Assembly: GCA_964388035.1 (NCBI GenBank)
Contig: CAYLZE010000007.1
Span: 32,001-96,000 of the forward strand
Direction: 5' to 3'
Origin: an uncultured archaeon
Lineage (GTDB): Archaea; Asgardarchaeota; Lokiarchaeia; Sigyniarchaeales; SOKP01
DNA length: 64,000 bases
The position numbers and the translations under genes were made by a program. The stretch's first letter is position 1. Each line of letters begins with the position of its first letter. Shown here piece by piece: positions 10,153 through 19,041 of this stretch. The notes under the pieces are model-generated. The model was not told the DNA's origin and did not search any database. It worked only from the letters and a program-made list of their open reading frames with translations.

Positions 10153-10854
10153 TTAGGTTTTTATTCCATAAAAGAGCAATATGCCGCTAATGATGATTCC
10201 TACCCGTACAATTGGTAAAAGGAGGCCAGGAGGGATTAAAGCATCAAAGACGGTTGCTACGGCAAAGATGATAAATCCAATAGATAAGGAGAGAAATTTT
10301 TTCCTGATTACTCCTGTCCCTTGAACTGCTTTGCGAAGGAATCCAATTCCGTTGAAAATGATAACAGACAAGAGAAAAATTGCGATCAATAGGAACGTGG
10401 GACCAATCTTGTTGGATGTATCTATTAAATCTTCTCCGGGGGTTGCAGGTAAAGTAAAATCAAAGGACCCTTCCAGATTTGTAAATAGAAAAATTTCAAA
10501 TAAAATGCCAAGGATCAAGTAGATGATAATCACAATCATTTTCCGATTAGGAATTAAAAGTTCTGCCCCTAAATACATTGCAAAAAAAACGGCAGGGGCT
10601 GTCCACATGTAGCTTAGCATTCCATATAACCAAATAGGATTTAAATTTGCGCCTGTAATTAAAATGGTTAAAAAATCAGTTGAAGGACCCAACCACAATG
10701 TTCCAGTAAAAAGAATTGTACCACCAGCAACGGCAAGAAGTTTTGCATTTAATTTTCTTGATCTATAAAAGCAATATGACCCTACTATGATATCAAAAAT
10801 CAATACTATTAAGGCGGTAGATCCATTTAACCAGCCTTCTAAACTTAAAGCCAC
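10153..10854 (-). CDS. Stand-alone seven-TM membrane protein (sensor-like)
   Basis: Seven hydrophobic helices, no cytoplasmic output domain. Confidence 0.65.
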   Translation of the reverse strand: MALSLEGWLNGSTALIVLIFDIIVGSYCFYRSRKLNAKLLAVAGGTILFTGTLWLGPSTDFLTILITGANLNPIWLYGMLSYMWTAPAVFFAMYLGAELLIPNRKMIVIIIYLILGILFEIFLFTNLEGSFDFTLPATPGEDLIDTSNKIGPTFLLIAIFLLSVIIFNGIGFLRKAVQGTGVIRKKFLSLSIGFIIFAVATVFDALIPPGLLLPIVRVGIIISGILLFYGIKT

Positions 10855-11289
10855 TTTTCACACCCTAAATTATTATTTTATCTCTTAATTAATTAAATTT
10901 TTAACAACAAGTGTAAATAACTTGTATGAAATTATATAATTTTAAGAATATATAAATTTTTATTTATCTTATTAAAATAAAATCATATTTTTAATACATT
11001 AAAATTTATGCGAGTTAAATTCGATTTTTCATATCTTCCTTGCTTCCTATCATCTCGAAGGAATTTTTCTCAAATTAAAGCAACTTGCTGGTATTATAAA
11101 TTAACAAAAGTTAAGTTTATATTATCAAAGATAAATGATTTGAAATCATGATCAAGTTTCTTTATCAAAATATTTTTCATGGATTGAAAACACCTAAACA
11201 GTTCTATTTTTTTGAACAACACATCCCAAATTAAATATGATTTTCTTCATTCTTAGGAATGAAGAATAGTTTTTAAATAGAAAAAAATC

Positions 11290-12492
11290 ATGTATGAGCA
11301 AAGAAACCAATATGATGTAACCCCGGAAGCTTTAGGTTCTATAAAGAGAAAAATTGCTCACCTGGAACGAAAGGTGCCAACAAAGACTGCTTTTTTAGGT
11401 TTTGATGGAAATATCGATTTTCTCTACATGTTACTCAAGTCTCGAGAAGACTTGACCAAATGGCAAAAAATGGATAGCATGAAAACCCTAGCAGAATTAA
11501 TTTTAAAGGTAGCCGGAAGTTCTACCAATGTAGAATTAATTTTAAAGAGAAAAGTATCGGGGGGATTTTGTGCCAATGTCAGTAAGGCAATGGGGGGAGT
11601 AGGTTTAAAAGTAAATATTATTGGAGCGATGGGCTTTCCTAAAATAGACGACGTTTTTAATAATATTCAGAAAAATTCTCAAATAACTATTAAATCCATA
11701 GGTAATCCTGGAATAACAATTGGTTTAGAATTTGATGATGGGAAAATAATGCTTACAGACTTTCAAAATCTGTTAAAAATAAACTGGGATTTAATAATTG
11801 AGAGAGTAGGGCCTCAAGATATAGTTGATTTAACAAGTAATTCAAATATTATTGGGATTGGGTATTGGGCACCAATACCAAGATTTGAAATGATATGGGA
11901 TCAATATATTCAAGATATATTTCCTTCTCTAAATAATCTCAAAGAAAAATTATTTCTTGTTGATTTAGCAGATATTAAGAAGAAAAATCAAAAAGACATA
12001 TTAAGGATGATTAAAATCCTCAAAAAAGTTGATGAATTCACTCCCGTTGTTTTAAGTCTAAATGATCAAGAGACAAACGATTTAGCTAAAGCACTAAATA
12101 TTCAAAATAAAGCAAAAGTAAATAGAGAAAACGATGATGATTTAAATGAAGTAGGAAAATATCTTAATGATGAGTTGAATTTATCCTATTTAATTATACA
12201 CTCTCCAGATTTTGCCACAATTAGCACTGAGAATGATCATTTTTGGGTAAAAGAAGGTTTCACGGCATCTCCAAGATATACTACTAGTGCTGGAGATCAT
12301 TTTAATGCGGGGATGGTGATCGGATTAAGTTGTAATTTGACTCCGTCTGAAGCTCTCATTATAGGGAATGCTCTAACAGCAATCTTTGTCAGAACGGGTA
12401 ATTCGCCCAACTTCCAACAATTATCTTATTTTATCGAGAACTACATGAATTACATTGAAAAAGATATTCCTGATTTTCCTTTAAATAAATGA
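11290..12492 (+). CDS. PfkB/ribokinase-superfamily carbohydrate kinase
   Basis: C-terminal signature TTSAGDHFNAG; GG-x3-N near the N-terminal third. Confidence 0.8.
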   Translation: MYEQRNQYDVTPEALGSIKRKIAHLERKVPTKTAFLGFDGNIDFLYMLLKSREDLTKWQKMDSMKTLAELILKVAGSSTNVELILKRKVSGGFCANVSKAMGGVGLKVNIIGAMGFPKIDDVFNNIQKNSQITIKSIGNPGITIGLEFDDGKIMLTDFQNLLKINWDLIIERVGPQDIVDLTSNSNIIGIGYWAPIPRFEMIWDQYIQDIFPSLNNLKEKLFLVDLADIKKKNQKDILRMIKILKKVDEFTPVVLSLNDQETNDLAKALNIQNKAKVNRENDDDLNEVGKYLNDELNLSYLIIHSPDFATISTENDHFWVKEGFTASPRYTTSAGDHFNAGMVIGLSCNLTPSEALIIGNALTAIFVRTGNSPNFQQLSYFIENYMNYIEKDIPDFPLNK

Positions 12493-12506
12493 ATAAAGTA
12501 AAAATT

Positions 12507-14441
12507 TCATCTTTTTCTTGCTAATTCTATTTTAATCACCTTTGATCCATTTGAAATGATTTCCAAGATTTGATCCTTTTCTTTAACTTGGATGGTCTCT
12601 TCAGATAACTTAATCTCATAACCATTAGGAAATTGAATGGAAGGAACATAAATGAGAGTAGGTGCTTTTATGGAACCATTGGCTTCATAAGAAAACGAAA
12701 AATATCCCTTTTTATAATTGAATTGCATCTCCAAGGGAGTTCCCGCACACTTCAGAAAATGGGGACGACAAAATCCCCGTGTTGCTCGTCCCCCACTGTT
12801 AATATCTTTAGGATCTAACTGCTGATCTCGAGAAAACAAGGAGAGATCTTCTAAATTCCATAAATCCCCCCAATCATTACAATTATCCGAAGTATAAACC
12901 CATTCTGTCCCGTGCAAGAGATTTGCATCAAGAGCATTGTAATGCATGCTTAAAGCCCTGACATTCGTATTGAATGCTTTATCTCCAAGCTTTTTAAATT
13001 GTTTATACGCTTTTTTATGGTTCAAATCAACATGCAACCCAAATTCCCCGATTAAAGTGGGATTTCCTCCCGTGATGCGTTCTGAGACGGTCTTAATGAT
13101 ATTTAATTGACGATTAAACATTTTTTGGACATTTTTTTTGCCAAAAACTAATTTATCATTCATGATATCCAAGTTCATTCTAATCCAAGCTTTTTTAGTT
13201 GCAGAGGCGGCAGCATCATACCAATGAGGGGCATGGACAAAAGGACCATTCTGAGCTAAAAGGTTGTAATTCATTTGTTCGCCTTTTATCATGCGCATTT
13301 CAGGACCTTCAAAAAAAAGGATGGCATCCGGAATGATTTCATGAACCATTTTAGCATAATCATTAATAAAAGGGGACATGTAATCCGCATAGAAGTCAAT
13401 TCTTTTTCCTTTTACATTCACGAAATGATCATTCCGTAAAATAATAGGCTCATCCTTCTCGTTGATTGTCCATACACCTTCTCTTCTCCAGATATCCTCT
13501 GCATCTTCAAACCAACAACTGACCTTATCAATATTCAGCATATCTCTTCTGGTTTCCTTTATTCCCACTCCCTTTATCTCCCTGTATCCCACTTCTCTTG
13601 GAATACCCGCTGCAATAGCCATTGCATCGATGGGAGCAAAATCATGACCCAAAATTTCTGAAAAACCTTCTTTTTCTCCTCCATCAACGTATTGTTCAAT
13701 CCAACCCTGTTTCGGTTCATTTAAAGTATCAAACCCTATCACTGAAGGAAAGTCTTTCACGCGAACTGCGACTTCTCTTACGGAGTTAAAGTAATGCATT
13801 TGCATGTATTCTTGTACATTCTTACCCTCTATTTTACAAGAAGGAGCAAAATCTTTACCTCCAAAAAAAAGTGTCCACATAGTTGCACTGGCTAATCTTA
13901 CATTATTATTATCCCAATACATGGCAGGATATGCTTTTGGATCTTCGGGATCATATCGATATTGCATTACGAAAGCTGCCTCAGATGCATCAAATTTAGT
14001 AAAATCTAATCCAACTTTTTCGAACAGCCATCCTGGTGCTCCATCTCCTCCTGTCATTCTACTCCAAGAATCTTGATGTGGATCTATGAAAATATAAAAG
14101 TCATGCTCATCAGCAATTTTTAAAACTTCTTCTAAATATTCTAAGTAATCTTTATCATAATTTCCGGGACCATAATGTTCAATTGCTTCCCAGATAATCA
14201 AAAATCTGAGGCAATTAAAGCCCCAATGCTTAATTCTAGTAAAATGTTCCTCTGCTTCCTCCAGAGGAAAAGGACGACCCACAAAAGAAACATTCTTATG
14301 ATCTCTAAAATCAGTCTTTATGTGAGTAGCTCCGTTCGGATGTACTGGAACTTTCGTACTTCCTCCTAAGTTAACCCCTCGCAATAATACATTCCTTCCT
14401 TCTTTATCCTGAAACCAGTTTCCCTTAATATTTAATCTCAT
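12507..14441 (-). CDS. Glycoside hydrolase family 5, endoglycoceramidase/steryl-glucosidase-like
   Basis: LRGVNLGG, HQDSWSR..GGDGAP, acid/base NEP, APHWYD, nucleophile IGEFG, WNLEDLS. Confidence 0.88.
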   Translation of the reverse strand: MRLNIKGNWFQDKEGRNVLLRGVNLGGSTKVPVHPNGATHIKTDFRDHKNVSFVGRPFPLEEAEEHFTRIKHWGFNCLRFLIIWEAIEHYGPGNYDKDYLEYLEEVLKIADEHDFYIFIDPHQDSWSRMTGGDGAPGWLFEKVGLDFTKFDASEAAFVMQYRYDPEDPKAYPAMYWDNNNVRLASATMWTLFFGGKDFAPSCKIEGKNVQEYMQMHYFNSVREVAVRVKDFPSVIGFDTLNEPKQGWIEQYVDGGEKEGFSEILGHDFAPIDAMAIAAGIPREVGYREIKGVGIKETRRDMLNIDKVSCWFEDAEDIWRREGVWTINEKDEPIILRNDHFVNVKGKRIDFYADYMSPFINDYAKMVHEIIPDAILFFEGPEMRMIKGEQMNYNLLAQNGPFVHAPHWYDAAASATKKAWIRMNLDIMNDKLVFGKKNVQKMFNRQLNIIKTVSERITGGNPTLIGEFGLHVDLNHKKAYKQFKKLGDKAFNTNVRALSMHYNALDANLLHGTEWVYTSDNCNDWGDLWNLEDLSLFSRDQQLDPKDINSGGRATRGFCRPHFLKCAGTPLEMQFNYKKGYFSFSYEANGSIKAPTLIYVPSIQFPNGYEIKLSEETIQVKEKDQILEIISNGSKVIKIELARKR

Positions 14442-14594
14442 GATCTTGTTGAAAGAATATCATTTTTTTATAATATTATTATTAAAAAAAAAAGACGGAT
14501 AGTAAATAAAAATCACTTAATCTTTAATGATTTTTACAATAATGAGATATAATTCTAAATGGATTAAATTATTACAGAAGGACCGAGGAAAAAT

Positions 14595-15131
14595 TTAGGT
14601 TTGCTTTACATGAACCTGCACTACTTTAGAAACTAATAATTCCACCGCTTCCGCTACATTTTCCCCTGTTTTAGACGATATTTCCATGTAATCAATACAA
14701 GAAGGATATTGATGCACTAAAGATAAAATATGTTCCTCAATCGCTTTTGATGTCTCTTCATCTATTAGATCTCGTTTGGAGCCCAAAAGTAATATGGGAA
14801 TCTCGCTTTGGCTTTCAATAATATTAAACCATTCTCCTATCTTGTCTAACGTACTTAAACGGGTTAAATCGAACAAAAAGAATGCCCCTCTTGCTCCTTT
14901 TACAAAATCAGATAATATAAAACGGAATTGGTCTTGCCCTGCGAAATCAAATAATGAGAGAGTAAAAATTTCATTTGCAAATTCTACTTCATTACAAAAA
15001 AAGTCAATTCCTCTAGTTAGATTGCTATTAGCATCAAAGATCCCGTTGCAATAACGATTCATGAAACAGGTTTTTCCCGAGCCGCCTTCTCCGCAAATAA
15101 TAAGCTTCACGAGATTTTCATTCTTTCCCAT
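14595..15131 (-). CDS. Rab-like small GTPase
   Basis: G1 GEGGSGKT, G2 TRGIDF, G3 DFAGQ, G4 SKRD, G5 SSK. Confidence 0.9.
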   Translation of the reverse strand: MGKNENLVKLIICGEGGSGKTCFMNRYCNGIFDANSNLTRGIDFFCNEVEFANEIFTLSLFDFAGQDQFRFILSDFVKGARGAFFLFDLTRLSTLDKIGEWFNIIESQSEIPILLLGSKRDLIDEETSKAIEEHILSLVHQYPSCIDYMEISSKTGENVAEAVELLVSKVVQVHVKQT

Positions 15132-15280
15132 TAACTAGTGCATAGCAATTAAACTTTTTAAAATTCGAGAAAATTTTATTAATTTGTGGCATAATAACGG
15201 ATAACTCATACTGTTCCATTTTGTGGTAAAAAATAAAAAAAGTAGAGAAAGAAAGAGAAAAAGAAAGAAAAAAAGTAATT

Positions 15281-16711
15281 TTATTCATGAAAATATATAT
15301 CCCATCCCAGATAATTCATTAAAGCTTCTTGGACAATCTCAGAAACATGTTGTAGTGTTGCTGCAACATGATGGGCGAATCCTCCAAAACAAAGAACCTT
15401 CAGGAGAGCTTGAAGGTCAGGAATTGCCACTACGCCATATCCACCATAGGTATCTAACGGGTCCTTAGTGTATTCCCCTTCCGCTAAGACACCTTTAATT
15501 TCACCGCTAAAATCATCCGTTTCTATCCTTAACATTGTGCACGGTCGAGCTTTTATTCTTCCTTCAATGGTACCATACGCTTGCTCCGGACTTTTCATAT
15601 CCGAAATGATGGGATGAGCAGTTAACCGGGTTTCTTCAAAAAAAGAGCGAGGGAGATTGCTACAATGGAAAAGAACCATTTTATCAGGATCATCTCCGTA
15701 GTTATTGTTCCAATCTAAAATGGCAGAGGGAGTATCTGAAGCTTCCTGCAAAATAAGCATTCCTACTAATCCACCAACATCTACTTCACATGCGGCAGGC
15801 ACTAACCCCTCACTGAACATGCTCATTACTACACAAGGTACGATTCCTAGATTATCTTGAAGGGATGGCCAACACTGGAAAGCAAAGCCATCCAACTCAT
15901 TTTCAACTACCCATTGTTCCACTACCACGGCCAGTTTAGCTAACTTGATCAGACCTACTTCTTGAAATTGGTGTGTTTGAGAGGTATAATCCTTTATGAA
16001 TTTAATTTTTTCTTTTACCCTTTCATCCTCATCGTTTAATCTACTTATTTCCCCTAAGATTTCTGATAAATCAATTGGTTCAATGCTAATTCCATTCAAT
16101 TCCAGGATTTTTTCACTATATCGAACCGTATCAAACGCTTCTGGTCTCGTTCCAATTTGTCCTAAACGAGCATTACGGACTTTATTAACAATTCTACAAA
16201 CCTTTTCAAATTTTTTAACATCAGCTTTAAATTCTTCGGATTTAATCGAGCAAGTATGGGAGGTAGTCAGGCTGAAAGGAAAGCCATATTGGCGTAATAT
16301 ATTACAAACAGAGAGTTTGCCACAAAATGCATCGCGTCGATATTTTCGAGACATTTTATCGACTTCATCTGACGAGGCTTGAACTAATATGGGAACATTG
16401 AGGTCCGCTATTTTTAAAGTATTTGCAATTCCTTTTTCATCTCCAAAATTTGGAAGACATATTATAATCCCTGAAATTTTATCTCGATTTTTTTTAAATA
16501 ATTCCCCGCATTTTTTCGCATCCTGGTAAGTTCTTACCACACCAGAATCGGTTTCTGATTCGTCAATAATAATATACTTATAGTTCAATTCTTTCATTAC
16601 TTCAAGAATTTCTTGTCTTCCCTCTGCAGCAAGATGAATGGGAAATGCATCTCTGTTACCCACGATAATACCAAACGTGAATTCAGATTTAGGTGGTTTT
16701 ATAAACGACAT
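15281..16711 (-). CDS. L-fucose/L-arabinose isomerase family protein
   Basis: RRDAFCGKLS, QCWP, ACEVD, FHCSN, FAHH. Confidence 0.85.
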   Translation of the reverse strand: MSFIKPPKSEFTFGIIVGNRDAFPIHLAAEGRQEILEVMKELNYKYIIIDESETDSGVVRTYQDAKKCGELFKKNRDKISGIIICLPNFGDEKGIANTLKIADLNVPILVQASSDEVDKMSRKYRRDAFCGKLSVCNILRQYGFPFSLTTSHTCSIKSEEFKADVKKFEKVCRIVNKVRNARLGQIGTRPEAFDTVRYSEKILELNGISIEPIDLSEILGEISRLNDEDERVKEKIKFIKDYTSQTHQFQEVGLIKLAKLAVVVEQWVVENELDGFAFQCWPSLQDNLGIVPCVVMSMFSEGLVPAACEVDVGGLVGMLILQEASDTPSAILDWNNNYGDDPDKMVLFHCSNLPRSFFEETRLTAHPIISDMKSPEQAYGTIEGRIKARPCTMLRIETDDFSGEIKGVLAEGEYTKDPLDTYGGYGVVAIPDLQALLKVLCFGGFAHHVAATLQHVSEIVQEALMNYLGWDIYFHE

Positions 16712-17232
16712 GTTAAATACACTTCATTTTATCTATTTTTTAAATATGTATAAGAAAAAGTGTTTTTTTTCTTTTATGCTTTATAATAATTTGATGAATT
16801 TGTCGGTTAGTATAAAATGGAGGAAGGGTTGACTTTAAGACTATAATCATACCTTTTTTTCTAAATTTAGCCACATTTTAATTTATGGGGAAAGTATTTT
16901 TAGTTGCTTTTCCGTTTAGATTCCTTTTTAAATACTAACTATTATTGATATTATAAGAAAAACAAAAGTCGTTCAGATTGCTATATTAACCATGCCAGTT
17001 CATAATACCATTCTTTACGTTCATTATGAAAATCAAAAATTACTAAAAGTTTTATTTATCCAAATTTTATTTCACATAGGTTTTTTATTAATAATATGGG
17101 TTTGTAGTTTCAAAATTGAAGTGGTAATTTCTTTTTACTTCGTTAAAATTAGTCACCTAATCTTCATTTTATTAGGTAGGTATAGGCAAGGAATGGAGAC
17201 GTTAGAATCAAAGATAAATAAGTGATGATTTC

Positions 17233-17946
17233 GTGGAAATAATACCCGCTATTGATATTAGTGAAGGCAAATGCGTGAGATTATACAAAGGGAAAAAAGG
17301 CACGGAAGTCGTGTATTATAAAAATCCCGTGGATGCACTTCAGTTCTGGATAGATGCAGGGGCAATTAGATTACACGTGGTTGATTTAGATGGAGCATGG
17401 GGTTCCGATCAAAATAAAAATTTGCTGAAAAAAATGATTAATCAAGCAACAGACAAGGTTAAACTTCAAATTGGCGGAGGAATAAGGAGTGTAAAAGCGG
17501 CAAAGGAAATAGTACAGTTAGGTGCAGATAGGGTAGTAATTGGTACTCTTGCGGTTAAAAATCCACAAGCAATAGAAGAGTTAGCTAATAATATGGGTTC
17601 TGAACGATTAGTAATTGCCTTAGATTATAAATTTGGAAAAGTATCCACTCATGGCTGGACAGAACAAACCAATTTAGACCCCTTTATTTATGGAAAGTTA
17701 ATGGAGGAAAAGGGAGCGGGATATATTCTTTTTTCATCCGTCGAATCGGATGGAGCGTTCACTGGCCCAGATCTGCAAAATGTAGAAAAGATGGTTAAAT
17801 CCGTAGGTATTCCCGTTTATGCTGCCGGAGGAGTCAGAAATGAACAAGACATTCTTGATCTTGAAAAAATTGGTGTTCATGGCGTAGTTGTTGGGAAAGC
17901 TTTTTATGAAAATAAACTATCTTGCTCTATAATCCGTAAATTCTAA
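17233..17946 (+). CDS. hisA: ProFAR isomerase (histidine biosynthesis)
   Basis: IIPAIDISEGKCVRL, LHVVDLDGA, QIGGGIRS, AAGGV. Confidence 0.93.
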   Translation: MEIIPAIDISEGKCVRLYKGKKGTEVVYYKNPVDALQFWIDAGAIRLHVVDLDGAWGSDQNKNLLKKMINQATDKVKLQIGGGIRSVKAAKEIVQLGADRVVIGTLAVKNPQAIEELANNMGSERLVIALDYKFGKVSTHGWTEQTNLDPFIYGKLMEEKGAGYILFSSVESDGAFTGPDLQNVEKMVKSVGIPVYAAGGVRNEQDILDLEKIGVHGVVVGKAFYENKLSCSIIRKF

Positions 17947-18020
17947 ATAAATAAACACAATTTAATTATATAGACATTAAAAATAAAGAAAAATGTCCCA
18001 AGAATAAAAAGGAAACGACG

Positions 18021-18731
18021 ATGCAAGAATATTTTATTATTTTTTTACCAGCATTCTTGCTTGGCATTTTACACACTTTCATACCATGTGAAGATAAAAC
18101 CATATTATTATTTTGGTCTTTAGGCATTTCAAAATCGGCAAGAAAAAGTTTATTTATATTAGCTCTTTATGGAATTGGTTTAATTATTGCAAATTTAACG
18201 ATAGCTTTTGGTACCGTTTTAGTTAGTATCATCCCAAGAATAATCTTTCCCCAAGCCCTTTTCGATCCTTATTCTATAGTTTTTTTTGGTGCTTTATCTT
18301 CAACTTTTGTGGCAATTTTCATGCTGTTCTTCTTAACGCGAGTAGATTACACCCCCCATTCCCATTCCAAAGAAATAAGACTAATACAAAATTTAAATTG
18401 GGATAAATATAGAACCCCTCTTTTCATGGGAATTCTTGCAGGTTTTCCACCTTGCATTTTCGAACTTTTTATATATTCCCAATGTTTAACTTTGAGTCTT
18501 AGTTATGGTTATGCTGAAGCAATACTCTCTGTTTTTTATTTTGCCTTAGGAACGGTTATTGGATTATTTCCCTTGGCTTTAGCGAAACAAAGCACGGAAT
18601 ATATTGTAAGGGAAAAGGCTACCAGAAGATCTAAGATTTTTATTCTGATGCTAATTCTTATTATTGTATTTAATACAATCATCATGATTCTAAGTTTCCT
18701 TAGAATCCGCATTTTTCCCCCGCCGATATAG
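18021..18731 (+). CDS. Membrane protein, NiCoT/UreH/DsbD-2-like transporter
   Basis: About 6 TM segments; LGILHTFIPCED and GFPPC motifs; HSHS loop. Confidence 0.6.
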   Translation: MQEYFIIFLPAFLLGILHTFIPCEDKTILLFWSLGISKSARKSLFILALYGIGLIIANLTIAFGTVLVSIIPRIIFPQALFDPYSIVFFGALSSTFVAIFMLFFLTRVDYTPHSHSKEIRLIQNLNWDKYRTPLFMGILAGFPPCIFELFIYSQCLTLSLSYGYAEAILSVFYFALGTVIGLFPLALAKQSTEYIVREKATRRSKIFILMLILIIVFNTIIMILSFLRIRIFPPPI

Positions 18732-19041
18732 ATATTTATGACCTTTTTATTTTCAATAAAAAATAACGAATAAATTAATATTTCATTTAATATTTCCAGC
18801 ATTTAAAGTTTTTAAATGTTATAGATAAATTTTCAATTGGTATTTACTTATTATAATTAGGATTATCACAGTTATTAGTTGGATGAGATAGAGACCGATG
18901 TTTTAAAAAGTATTAATCTCGTTGATAATTCATTATAATAAATTTTAGAAAAAATTGGACTACTATAAAAATATTTAATATTCTTTTCTATTATAATTAT
19001 AATAGAATAAAAGCATGAAAATTTGATTGGAGGAAAAATCT

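Noticed and set aside
16992-17225. 77-aa ORF upstream of hisA
   Set aside because: Composition follows AT-rich promoter DNA and no motif is present; cannot be supported
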